This document shows, in pieces, positions 1-12,692 of a DNA stretch of 64,000 nt. The notes below the pieces were generated by a model. The model made no database searches. It saw nothing but the letters and a program-made list of their open reading frames with translations, and was not told the DNA's origin. The stretch lies in NCBI RefSeq assembly GCF_009914755.1, contig NC_060931.1. One strand, given 5' to 3'. A program made the translations under genes and the position numbers. Numbering within the stretch: position 1 is the stretch's first letter; each line of letters begins with the position of its first letter. This DNA comes from the human T2T-CHM13v2.0 reference genome, Homo sapiens.

Positions 1-292
<292 letters not shown>

Positions 293-519
293 TATTTTTA
301 AATTTTTTTCACTGCAACCATGAGAGATCTAGCAAGCCATGTTTAAATGCCCCTAAAGCAAAACTACTACCTTCAGAAAGTCCTCAGCTATCTAGATGTA
401 GTCAAATTCAGAATGAGAGTATAGTTTTCAGCTTGGGAAGGTGCCTCTACTTGGTGCCCCTAAACTACTAGATGTCCCGTCATAGAACCTTTCTTAGGGA
501 GTCATTAACTTTCTCGAAG

Positions 520-608
520 GCTAGACTGTGAGCTCTTTAACGGCAGAACCAGCTCCTACTACAGGGCCTGGAACGTAGAAGTCTCTTAGGAACTGTTTGT
601 GAATGATA
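520..608 (+). mobile_element. L2 3' end fragment
   Basis: ctagactgtgagctc...gggcctggaacgtag...tgtttgtgaatga resembles the L2 terminus. Confidence 0.55.
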
Positions 609-734
609 AAACCTGTAGGGCTTTCGCTCGGTATTTCATCATATTGCCATCGTCAAAAAAGCCTTGCTATAAGGGAAGAATACCTGGAAGAACACAGGAG
701 GCTTGTGGGTATGTCTCCGCTCTGGGGTGAACCA

Positions 735-856
735 ACTCTGCAACTTTGCCAATACAAGTTTACTTCTGGACCTCAATTAATTTATCTGAATGAATGATGA
801 GGTTGGATTAGAGAAACTCTAAGGTTCCATCTAAGTTTAGCATTCTAGGACTGTGC
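735..856 (+). mobile_element. MIR3-like SINE fragment
   Basis: ggttggattagagaaactctaaggttccatctaagtttagcattctagga resembles the MIR3 3' end. Confidence 0.55.
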
Positions 857-3737
857 ATGTGAGATGCTCTGTGTAGAGAGGGGGTTATAGGAATTTGATT
901 CCTGCCATATCTGAATTTACAAACCTAAAAGTGAATACACGGATATGGACACACTGCCATGGGTTCCACCAGCTCTGGAGCTAGCCTCTACAAGGGATGA
1001 CCGAAAAGGGGCTGGGGATTAGGAGTTAATAGCTTTCCAAGCCCTGGTGGATGTGAAACTATAATCAGGGCACCTGGCTTATGGTCATTAGCATCTGCCT
1101 TTACACCAAGGCCCTGCTGCCCGGGCGCAGATGTTAAAGACCTTTCCGGGAGCTCCCCATGCCTCCCCCATCACGGATCTGTGTAACCCTGCTGACAAAA
1201 CATGATGCAGGCTCCCCACTTTAGGCCATATGCTTGGGAAAAACATCCTTCTGGCAGAGACTCCTGGGGGAAAGGAAAGGCATAACTCTTTGATCTTGAT
1301 CCCTAACAAAGAATTTATCTTGGGATCTTTGAAATCTTGGAAAAAAAACAAAAACAAAAACCCTGTACTTTCAAAGCTTTTCTTGTGTGATGTATTATAA
1401 AACAGGGGGACAAATATTGTCCTCTGGGGTAAATATTCCTTTGTTCTGGAAAGACACTACAATGGATATTTAGTTATTAAAAGGAAAAGTAAATATTCTC
1501 AAATACAGAAATTTAGACCCTGCCTTTCCGAGGGGTTCCGGTGTCATGCACAAAAACATAAAAGGCTGTTTTCATCGTGGATGGTGTTGCAGTTCTGCAA
1601 ATTGTTTTCTACAGGAAAATGTTTAAAGATTTATTCTGCAGAGCCTATGAAAATTGTTTTGCTTTCTTGAAAAATATGTGGATGTCCTTTTTGGAGTGGA
1701 GGCTGGAAGCTCTCGGGGGTGAGTGTGGGGCACTGGAGTCCTATCCTTACTCAGGCTGGTGAAGAGATCACCAGGGGGCCCAGATTTAAAGTGGGGCTTG
1801 TTTGAAGCAGCACTATTTGCGACATTCTATACTAACTCAGACTTTGGAAAAGGACTGATGTGTAATTTACTGCCTCCTAGTTCATTGTCCAAGGTAAGAC
1901 CAACTCTCCCTGAATGGGAAGGACATTTCAGCTGTTAATCATGCACAAAGGGGAGAAAACAGAGAGAACCTGGGGAATATTGAGACCAGGATTGCAGACA
2001 AGAACCCTATGGGCAAGAGAAAAACTGGAGGCCTCTTCCCCTCTCTCTGGTGGGAGGAAATGCAGAGTCTAGGACTAGTGAAGCTTGCTGGGAGCTGGGC
2101 TGAGAGGTGCCCAATAAAGGTTGTACGTGGAGAGGCTCGGCCTGTAAACTTTATGATTCCACATTTCTAGTATCAGTTTTGACTTTCTCAAAGTGATCAT
2201 TCCTGTGTGCCATTTCCAAATCTTTACTAAAGTCCTGTTACTCATTCAAGCTTAGGTTTAGCCATGCTATTGAGGGAATTAGAGGCCTCAGTGATCACAA
2301 GAACAGCTCACAGGACAACTCTGGGAGGGACTGGCAGCAAAATAAATGAGATCTGAGGAGGAGCAGAAGCTAAAGATATGGATGGAAGGAATGTTGCAGG
2401 CACAACTGTGGCTGCAGATTAATGGCGTAGCTTCGTGAGATAACCCTTGTCCCCAGATATACTAGAGCGGATAGGGTCTTCAAAGAGGGAAGCCAGGACC
2501 TACTATATATAAGTTAGTGGGGGACACCAAGTTTGCAAACATAGGTTACATTTAGTAAGGTTTATCCTTTGCATAGAACGAGAAAGGGCAAAGGCTTGCG
2601 GGGCCCTGTTCTTTGAAGGAAGAAAGGGACTCAGAGGGCTAAGTACACTGTGGGAAAGAAAGAATGAGTGTATGGAGAGGGGTAATAAAAATGCTTTTTT
2701 TGGGGGGTGGGGTAGCAAACAGCAATATGTAGGAGACAGAGCATCAGAGACAAGCAACTTGTCCTAACTTACCACACATGGGGTGCAGTCACTTAGCTTT
2801 CCATAGACTTTAAGTTCCCACAGTGAGCAGTTTGTTTTTTGAGGATGTTTCTGGTGTGCCCCTCTGTGTTCCCTCCATGTGCACATCTGCCACCACGATG
2901 CAGCAGTTTGACATCCCTTCTCTCCAGTCTTTGCTTTCTTATCAGATCTCTCCAGGGACTCTACTTTCAGCAACTGTGATCACAGCATCTGATGGTCAAA
3001 ATAGGCAAGTGCTTCTGTGGAGCTGTGTTCTTTGGTCTAATGACTCAAATCTAGATTTGATGGCGTGGGGAAAATGTGCTCAGGGAACTTCACTACAATG
3101 ATGTATCTCAACAGGTACAGCAGTGGGAATGGTGGGCTCCTCCGCTGCATATATCTTTTCCAATTTTGTGTATTAGGAACTCAGATCCTACAGACATATC
3201 TGTAACTACTCGTCTATAACTCCTGGGCCGTTTTCCTTGTGTTTTCAGTGACAGTATTAGACTGGCACACATAGGTGCTTATACACATGTTGGACAAATG
3301 AGTTCATGACATCTATGAATAGCTACAGGAATCATTTTCAAAGACAATCAGCCAGTCATATTGTCCACAAAGGGTTTTGTGCTTTTTCCAGATGTGAGAG
3401 GCAGTGTGGGAGATATCATTTAGATGCTGAAAAATTGGAATTTGGAGACATTTGGAGATTTCTGAAGTTCTGCAGAATTTTACAAATCAAGAGCATCGTT
3501 TAAAAGAGATGTGTAATCATCACATAGTACTTTAATGTTCTTCCTGCCCATAGCATCTTAACTGCCATCTTCAAAGCCAGACTGCAAGCCTGAAAAAGCC
3601 TTAACAAGTAAAAATTATCCTTTACATTCTCTGTTGTCCTCTTGAATCCTGTCCCTAGATATTGGTGACTGTTCTCCCTTGGGCCATGCAGGACCTGTCT
3701 GCTGGTCACTCTACTTTCCTGGCACTGGCCCAGGCCT

Positions 3738-3902
3738 GGGAGGAGGAGGAGGAAGAGGAGGAGGAGGAGGAAGAAGAGAAGGAAGAGAGGGAGGAGGAAG
3801 AGGAGGAAGAGGAGGAGAAGGAGGAAGAGGAGGAGAAGGAGGAAGAAGAAGAGGAGGAGGAGGAAGAGGAGGAGGAGGAGAAAGAGGAGGCGGAGGGAGA
3901 GG
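3738..3902. repeat. (GAG/GAA)n polypurine triplet tract
   Basis: 3738-3890 contains only G/A (153 bp) and stays in triplet phase. Confidence 0.95.
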
Positions 3903-4115
3903 TTTCCTATGTCCCATCACTCCAATCTGGAGTCCTACAAATGTTCTTTGGGGACCTTCAACAGTGAAATATTCTATTGCAGCCAGAAACCTAACCATGT
4001 GCTCTGACCTAGCATTGAGTCCAAGCTTATTTTGTCTCTGTCTTCAGTATTTTATGGGATGTATGCATCTTTCTAGGGAAGCCCAGAGAATCTGCTGAAG
4101 ACAAATGTTTGTTTA

Positions 4116-4212
4116 CAGTATCTAGTACCATGTATCTAGTAACCAGTATCTAGTAACATGGGCTTTAAAACATGTATCTTGTTACCAGTATCTAGTAACA
4201 TGGGCTTTAAAA
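4116..4212. repeat. Tandem duplication, 2 x 42 bp, with gtatctagta subunits
   Basis: catgtatctagtaaccagtatctagtaacatgggctttaaaa (4129-4170) repeated at 4171-4212 with 2 mismatches. Confidence 0.9.
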
Positions 4213-4434
4213 GAGTATTCATGGGTTTGGGGGCTGGAGCACTGCTGTGGCAAATGTTTGGGCCCTGGTAAACAGGGCCTAAATTTTTTTTTCACTCTGA
4301 TAAAAATTATGCATCTCACCTTCCATTACAACCTTACATAGATTAGTTGACATTCTGCAGCAGGATTTTCGGGTAAATGTAAGCAGGCCTGGTGGGATGA
4401 GAGTTAGGGAGGCAGATCAGGGGTCCTAGTAAAG

Positions 4435-4645
4435 ACAGGGGACTTGAAATTGACAGCCTGGTTGTGAATTCTGGCAAAGGCACACAAAAGTGGGGTGCTC
4501 TTCAGGATACTCACCCTTCCTAACCCTTGGTTTCCTCAGCTGTAAAATAACTACCTCATAGAGCTATTTTGAGGAGTTACTATAGCAGAAAAGACTTAAA
4601 ATAGTTCTTGAGTGTGATATATAAGTGACTGTTATTATTGTCCTA
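4435..4645 (+). mobile_element. MIR SINE
   Basis: MIR core ttggtttcctcagctgtaaaataactacctcatagagctattttgagg. Confidence 0.7.
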
Positions 4646-5470
4646 GGCAACCCTTGGGTCTATGCTTTTCTAGGATATTCACATGGTCCTGCGACACAAA
4701 ATCTCCCAGTGGTTCCCAGTCAATGCCTTAAGGCTTATGGGGAGCCAAGGAAATTGATTGCTATTTTCTGGACACCTAAGTTCTAGTTCTTAAAACCATT
4801 TGTGCTTCATCAAGGAGTTCAGCCAGAGAAGTGTCATCCAAGGTGATACAGGGTAGGACCAAGGAGACTGGTACCTGATGGGCTCTATTGTCACCCCTTA
4901 ATCCAACATTCTCCATTCCCATGAGGGTCCCATATTTGAGTGGCTACCATTATTATTGGAGACAGAAATTACTCCAGGCCCAGGGGTTCTTGCTGTAGTA
5001 AAAAGCCTACAAGCCTTTGCAGTGCTCTGATCTTAAACAGGTGAGCCGGTGTGTGCAGCTTGATGGATGCTTCTCCTAACTTAGGGAGGTGGTAATGAAC
5101 AAAGTTACTAAAGACACCCAATTGTTTTAATGTCATATGCCCTCCAAAGCCCCTGAAGTTCACAGAAAATAACTCCGTTCTTAGAAGCTGGACATCAGAT
5201 GGAACTGAGCTATCAAGAACTTGAGCTGAAATTCTTTCTAGTCTCACATATGTAGAGATTAAAAAGCAATTTCCTTCAAATAATGATTAGATCATTCACT
5301 TAGCAGTTCTACGTCAGTATCTTGTTTTAGGCTTATTCCATTATCTTGGCAAGGGAAAGAGCAGCAATAGGAATTGCCAAAAGTAAAAGGCAAAATTTCG
5401 TATTAGGTTCATTTTTAATGTGAAAGAGCATTATTAAATCAGTTGTCTAATAATAGTTATCAAGAATGCT

Positions 5471-5768
5471 GGCCAGGTGCGGTGGCTCACGCCTATAATC
5501 CCAGCACTTTGGGATGCCGAGGCAGGCAGATCACGATGTCAGGAGGTCGAGACCATCCTAGCTAACACGGTGAAACCCCATCTCTACTAAAAATACAAAA
5601 AATTAGTCAGGTGTGGTGGCAGGTGCCTATAGTCCTGCCAGGACTCCTGAGTATAGCTACTCAGGAGGCTGAGGCAGGAGAATGGCATGAACCTGGGAGG
5701 CAGAGCTTGCAGTGAGCCAAGATTGTGCCACTGCGCTCCAGCCTGGGTGACAGAGAGAGACTCTGTCT

Positions 5769-5809
<41 letters not shown>
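5471..5809 (+). mobile_element. AluY with 40-nt pure poly(A) and a small fold-back insertion
   Basis: Y-type motifs gaccatcctagctaacacgg and aatggcatgaacc...gagcttgcagtg; degenerate TSD aagaatgc/aagtatgc. Confidence 0.93.
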
Positions 5810-5812
<3 letters not shown>

Positions 5813-6399
5813 TGCCTTTGGTTAAACAAAGCTGGATATATCAAAATGCTTGAGATCAAGTTAAAAGGAAAAAGCATACTAGAAAAATCAGGCAGCATAG
5901 TACAGGCATATGAGCCTTCAAAGGAGCAGCATGGGGGCACCTGTGACCACATGATCATGGCTACCATATGCAGAGCCAGTCCAACCACCAGTAGTGGCAG
6001 AGGGTTATTAGAGAGGATGAATGTCCAGGCCTGCAAGAACTGGAGCCAGAGAGAAGTAAAAGAGCTTACTGCAATGAAGAAGTTCCTGTTTTTCCAAAAG
6101 ACACTCAGAGCAAACAAAAGGCAAAACATCATGCCTCTAACCTGTTCATTCCACAACCTGCCACCTCCCACACCTCAGATTAAACACACAATAAATGAAT
6201 CAGATGACTTTAAAAATAGGCAGATGTCCTCAAATGAACAGGCTACATCTGGTGGCCCTCAACAGATCCACACGTTGTTTTCAGCTATGAAATCCTCATC
6301 CCAACCCTATGGAGTGATACAGTAAATGAAATCATATCATTTAAAAGTGGATTGATTTAGACATGATTTAGTCCAACTCTGTCTTCACTGATGAGAAAA

Positions 6400-6850
6400 A
6401 TCACTTATTCATTTTTCTCATTTAACAAATTTTTGTTGTTCACCTACTATCTGCTCTCAACTGTGAATAGTCATAATCTGATTTCTGCCCTCACAGTACA
6501 GTCTCATAGTGGAGGAGGAGAAGCAGTAACAATACAATGTGAAGAATCCTGTGATGGGAGGAGTATACGATTCTTGGAGCTGCAGAAAGGGAAGCGTAAC
6601 TCAGGTGTGGGGTGTCAGGGCTGCCTTAAGGAGAAGCTGAAGGGTGAGGAGGAGAAGCCAGGCTAGCAGTAAGGGGAGTGAGAAGAGGAAGTAGCACAGG
6701 TGAAAGAGCTGGAAATTAGAGAGGATAGCCCTTTAGGGGAGACGAGTGACTGATTGAGTGTCATAGTTGTTGGATAAATTAGAGAGCTGAGTCTTGCCAA
6801 GGAACAAGACCCTGATTGTATTTAGACTTGAGACTTGTGAAAAGCAATTT
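6400..6850 (-). mobile_element. L2 fragment
   Basis: ttattcattttt...catttaacaaat...cacctactat followed by purine-rich antisense L2 body. Confidence 0.55.
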
Positions 6851-6971
6851 TATTGGGCTCAAGCTTATTGTGAGTAACTGTTGCAGGGAGCAAGCAGTTA
6901 GAAAGAGCTATATATATACTAGAAGTACTTGCCATATGGTTTTTATACTGTATACAGCAAAGGAATGAGCT

Positions 6972-7060
6972 ATGATCACCACCACTGCACTCCAGCCTGG
7001 GTGACAGAGCAAGACTCTATCTCTAAAAACAAACAAACAAAAAAATAAATTAAAAAACAC
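6972..7060 (+). mobile_element. Severely 5'-truncated Alu (J-like right-arm 3' end plus tail)
   Basis: atgatcaccaccactgcactccagcctgggtgacagagcaagac + A-rich tail; perfect 14-bp TSD caaaggaatgagct at 6958-6971 and 7061-7074. Confidence 0.92.
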
Positions 7061-7250
7061 CAAAGGAATGAGCTCTGAGCAGGAAAGAGTTGCCCAGCTT
7101 TTTAATATAATAATACATGGATATAGTTAATAATATAATAAAAATAAAAAATCAATGATAAACCACAGTGATTCACTGAAAATTGTTTTATTTCTGAAGT
7201 GATTAATCCCAAAACACCAGAAGGCTCTCCCTGACTATCCTCTATACTGG

Positions 7251-7649
7251 TGTATTAATCCATTTTGGGTTGTTATAAAGGAACACCTGAGGTAGGGTAA
7301 TTTATAAGGTTTATTTGGCTCATGGTTCTGCAGGCTGTGCAAGCCTGGCTCCAGCATCTGCTTGGCTTCCAGTGAGGCCTCAGGAAGCTTTTACTCATGG
7401 TGGAAAGCAAAGAAGGAGCAGGCATGGCACGTGGCAAGAGATGGAGCAAGAGAGATGCCAAATGGGCTTTAACAACCAGCTCTCATGTGAGCTAACAGAG
7501 TGAGAACTCACTCATTACTGCAGAGAGTACCAAGCCCTTCATGAAGGATCCACACCCACGATCCAAACACCTCTCATTAGGCCCCACCTCCACAGTGGGA
7601 ATCCATTTCCACAAGAAATTAAGAGGGGACAAAAATCCAAATTATACCA
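7251..7649 (-). mobile_element. MSTB-like MaLR solo LTR
   Basis: TG...CA termini (tgtattaatcc...attatacca), typical MST body, 5-bp TSD actgg on both sides. Confidence 0.9.
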
Positions 7650-7711
7650 ACTGGTGAGCGACTCCCCTGCTTTGGAAAATATGGGGCAACTTCATGGCCT
7701 GTTTGCTTGAA

Positions 7712-8073
7712 CAGATGCTCTTTGACTTACCATGGGGCTCCAACCCAATAAACCCATCATAAGTTTGAAAATATCCTAAGTCAAAAATGCATTTAACACC
7801 CCTAACCTACAAAAAAATCATAGCTTACCCTACCTTACCTTAAATATGCTCAGAACATTTACATTAGCCTGCTGTTAGGCACAATCACCTAACACAATGC
7901 CTATTTTACAATGAAGTATTGAATATCTCATGTATTTTATTAAATACTGTACTGAAAGTGAAAAACAGAATGGTTGCCTGTGTGCTTAAAGTTCATACTG
8001 AACGTGTATATCACTTCTGCACCATTGTAAAGTAGAAAAATTAAGTTGAGCCATAGTAAGTCAGGACCACCTG
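7712..8073 (+). mobile_element. MER47A-like TcMar-Tigger MITE
   Basis: Terminal inverted repeats cagatgctctttgacttac / gtaagtcaggaccacctg followed by TA. Confidence 0.8.
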
Positions 8074-8231
8074 TATTTTGCTCCTCTCCCACTTTTACTC
8101 CACTCCAGTTGTTCTTGCTGCCTGAGCAGAGTCAAAGTGTATACTTTCAGGGGAAGAAAGTGTACCTGGAAAGTTTTGTGAAAAATTAATTTTTTAAATA
8201 TAAATATTTCTGCATGAACTAATGCTACAAC

Positions 8232-8859
8232 AAAGCTCCTCTTCTTGCTCTGTGCTTCATTTGTCTGTGTACCTCATTCTTCCTGGTCACAGGACAAGAA
8301 CTCAGGACCCGCCGAATGGTGAAGCTAAAAGAGTTGTAACACAAACAGGGCTGAGACATGGCCCTTTTTCTCCACATTGTGGGTGAAGAGTAGGAAAGAA
8401 GAGCTGCAGCCCTTCAGGGAGCCCAGACCTGGGAGCTCCCTGAGCCAGGGCTGTGACCCCCTCTTTGGGCCCCTGTAGTTCCTGGCATCTCCAAGCTTCT
8501 GGGAGCCACCGCATTCCCCAGTGCCAGCCAGGGACTTGCAGTGCACCTGGTCCAGCTGTAGCCTCACAGAGAGCTGGTGCCCATGCTGGCACCTGGAGCT
8601 GCCTGCCCCACAGCAGCAGCTGGTGTGTCTGACTATGCAGTGGCTGGACCCCGCGCTCACTCACACACCACTTGCAGCTCCATGCCTGACTCACAGTCTC
8701 CCGTGGAGGCGTGGAATCCAGGCTACAGTTTGAGCTGAGTGCAGCCTACCAGGCCAAGTGGGCAGAATGAGGCCAGAGGGCCTGGGCAAAACTTAGGCAA
8801 AGGCACCACTGGCCACAGGTTTCAGGCCAGAAAAGCAACACCCCAAAGATCCCATAACA
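8232..8859 (+). mobile_element. MER52-family ERV1 LTR, 3' portion only
   Basis: GC-rich body ending in ggccagaaaagcaacaccccaaagatcccataaca; begins at the degenerate poly(A) signal aacaaagctcctctt. Confidence 0.82.
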
Positions 8860-9167
8860 TAATATTTTATTTTTCAGTTAATGTTGCTATCAGCAGTGGC
8901 TATTCCTCAAAGAGACTTCAGCAGACCTTGACTTCCACACAACCTTTACACAGTCTCCCTACTCCCAGACTGTGTCCCCCTGAAGTCTCCCGATCAGGAC
9001 ATTTGCACTCCCACTGACAAACAAGTGTTAAGCTATTTTGTGGTGGTCTTTCTGTCTGCCTCACAACATTGTATTTTTGGCAATCATCATTTGTGATTTA
9101 TTATCCAATTATTGGAATAACTACAGCATTTTGCTTTTATCATCTTGTAAAAACTGAGTAGAATATA

Positions 9168-9410
9168 GATAGAATAAATAAGATCTAGTATTTGATAGCA
9201 CAGCAGGGTGATTACAGTCAACAATAACTTATCATACATTGTAAAATAATAAAAAGAGTTATTGGAGTGTTTGTAACAAAGAAATGATAAATGCCTGAGG
9301 TGATGGATACCCCATTTACCCTGATGTGAGTATCACACATTGTAGGCTTGTATCAAAATATCTCATGTACCCCATAAACACACCTACTATTTAAAAAAAA
9401 TTAAACTAAA
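9168..9410 (+). mobile_element. L1MA (L1MA2/3-like) 3' end
   Basis: taagatctagtatttgatagcacagcagggtg...gatggataccccatttaccctgatgtg...catgtaccccataaa + A-rich tail. Confidence 0.85.
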
Positions 9411-10727
9411 TAAATATGGATAAATAATAGATTTTAGTTTGTTAAAAAAATGAATGGAAGGTAGCAAAATGAAAGTGCCAATACCAGTGATAATGCAGTT
9501 AGGTCTGCTGAAGGCAGGTCATGTTTACCTTTAGTGAGATGTTCAGTGGATATCAAATGCTTGACTATGAGTTTGGTTTCAGAGGAAAGGAACCACAAGA
9601 GACTATAGAGGACATTAGGAAATATCATCAAAGACAAGGAGTGCTGATGGAGGAATTAAGGAGCCTGCATAAGTATAAATTGAGAATTAGCAGTCTAATG
9701 CACAGAGGCGTGCACAAGGCTTTGGAAACAACTTCTCACAGACCCCTTCTCTTAGAGGAAGGTGGCTGGTGTTCAACTTTCTCTTGACAACAAATTTAGG
9801 AAAGCTGATCTGACACCACTAAATAGAATCTCTATCAGCTCATCCTCCCCCTAACTTTAGATAAGTTCCTGAGACAACCGGCAGTTGAGGTAAGAAATTA
9901 TTTCAAAACATGCATCTGTATTTTCTATGCTTAATGCTTATTATTTTTAACATATTCATTTACCATGTACACATTGTATACCCAAGCAAAACATTATGTG
10001 TTTAATCACAATTATGGATTTCATAACATTCTGAGCCCTCTGGAAGCAGAACCCTCTATACGCCAACTGACTTTCAGACTTTCAAATATGTTTTCAGGAA
10101 TTCATTATATACAAATGTAAGGGACTTTATATACGAATTATTGGGGGACAATCTATCTCTCTCATTAAGAATGCTGTGGTGTTCTTTTGAAAAAGGATGT
10201 TCTTTTTTACAATGCAAATGTTGAGTCTTTTTTGTACATTTCTAAACATACATGAAGCAGAAGTGTGCCCTTCAGCATCAAGGTCAGTGACTTGATTCCT
10301 GGCTTTCAGGCTGGGGACTGCTACCTGGAGACATTTAACAGGTGACAAGCAAATAACACTCCCAAGCCACTGATAGTTATGGATCTGACTATGTGCTTGG
10401 TATGTTGTTATTATGATTCAAGTAAGCTGACCACTTTATTTTGAAGAAACTAAAGATCTAGGGTATGTTGTTTAATCTTTACAGGAACAATAGAGAGAGG
10501 TCCTACCCCCATCGTGATGGCTTGTCCTTCCCTGGAGTCTCAGGTTCAAACAACATCAAAACTTAAAAAAAAAAAATGCTCAGTTTATCTTCTAAGTGGA
10601 TCAAACATAGATTTCTTTGCCAATAGAGCTGTTTTTACTTTTCTCAAATATTTCACAGTGGAGTCTTTGAAAGCGTTGTGCTCAGTAGCTTGTAGTGACC
10701 TATTTTTTTAAACGGTTCTAGAAATAA

Positions 10728-10937
<210 letters not shown>

Positions 10938-11612
10938 TGACTAAATGTTTAGAGATATCAAAGTAAAGCTCTTTCGTATAGAGATACATCTTATTTGAAT
11001 TTTGAAGACACAAAAGCAAAAATTTAAAAATCTAAATATTTAATAATTGCCTCCACTTGATTTTTGGGTTAGATTGTATTTGGAAGGATTTGGTGCCTAT
11101 TGGATCTGATTTCCCCTCAAAGCTTAAGGTATTCTCATAGTATACGGCGCATTTGAAACATTACCAATGATGATGATAGAGTCTGAATTTATGTAAAAGA
11201 TCAGAAATTTGAGAAGGTACAATACAGTATGTAATATATGAAGCCAATTTAAAAAATACGCTTATCTAAATGCATGAGAAAGAAAGGTCTGGAAGGAGAT
11301 ACACTAAGTTATCAAATGGTTATACCTTGGTGATGAGATTATGGATTTTATTTTTTGTTCTTTTCAAAATTTTGATAATACAGTCGTGTTTATAAGTAAA
11401 AACAATACTTTTGAAACAGAGAAAGGAAAAAATTTGAAGTGGGGAAGGGAGTACTTTTGAGGCCTTGCAACTTCTCTGGCTTTTAGGAGTTATTGAATTT
11501 AAATAGGCCTAGTAGAGGCTTAAAAAACAAAGAATTTTAAATCAACAATGTAATAATCCCACTTTGCATTTCATTCATGGAGCTTTAATACTTTTCAAAA
11601 ATAACAGATATA

Positions 11613-11945
<333 letters not shown>

Positions 11946-12093
11946 TTAAAAGTTTGAAAATTTACCAAAAACTCAGAGCCAACACCTAGGTGGAGGTACT
12001 TATGTTCAGGCATAATTAGATATTTGTAGATATTCACTGTAGATAAAATAAACACTGAAGCCAAAGATGCAATCTTAAAAGATGAATGATTTG

Positions 12094-12692
12094 ATCAGTG
12101 TGTCCAAGGGATACCTGCACTGCCATGTTTATTGCAGCATAATTCACAACAGCAAAGTCATGAACTCAACCTAAGTGTCCATCAATGGACAAATGGATAA
12201 AGAAATCACAGCATATGTACACAATAGAATATTATTCAACTGTAAAAATGAATGAAATTATGTCATTTCCAGCAACATGGAACTGGAGGCCATTATCTTA
12301 AGTGAAACAACTCAGAAAGAGAAAATCAAACAGTGCATGTTCTTTCTCATATGTGGGAGCTAAAGAAGTTGATCTCATGGAAGTAGTGATTAGAGTAATA
12401 GGTACCAGAGGCTGGGAACAGTGTGTATTGGGGGGATAAAGGGAGATTGGTTAATGGGTACAAACATACAGTTAGATAGAAAAAATAAGTTCTAATGTTC
12501 AGTAGCGGAGTGGTACAGTTAACAACATGCATGTTTCAAAATAGCTAGAAAAGAGGACTTGAAATGTTCCCAACAGATAGAAACGATAAATACTTGAGGT
12601 GATGGGTACCCCACCCTGACTTGATCATTACACAGTCTATGCATGATTACCACATATGTACCCCATAAATATATACAAATGTTTGTAGCAAC
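12094..12692 (+). mobile_element. L1MA (L1MA4/5-like) 5'-truncated 3' end
   Basis: ORF2 end/3'UTR motifs (atgtttattgcagca, caacctaagtgtccatcaatgg); TSD agatgaatgatttg/agattaatgatttg. Confidence 0.85.

Noticed and set aside
1720-2300. Possible ancient LTR (aataaa and a ...gtgatcaca end)
   Set aside because: Too diverged for me to assign without a profile search.
3662-4098. Poly-Glu, Gly/Arg-rich and poly-Pro ORFs
   Set aside because: These are different frames of the same GAG/GAA repeat, with non-protein-like flanks and no exon support.
4116-4212. CRISPR-like repeat array
   Set aside because: No unique spacers or cas genes, and the context is eukaryotic; it is a simple tandem duplication.
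5587-6325. 194-aa and 212-aa ORFs
   Set aside because: They run through an Alu and its poly(A) tail (poly-K/poly-F); the remainder has no recognisable domain.
8300-8860. GC-rich region as CpG island/promoter or coding exon
   Set aside because: It is explained by the MER52 LTR with largely decayed CpGs.
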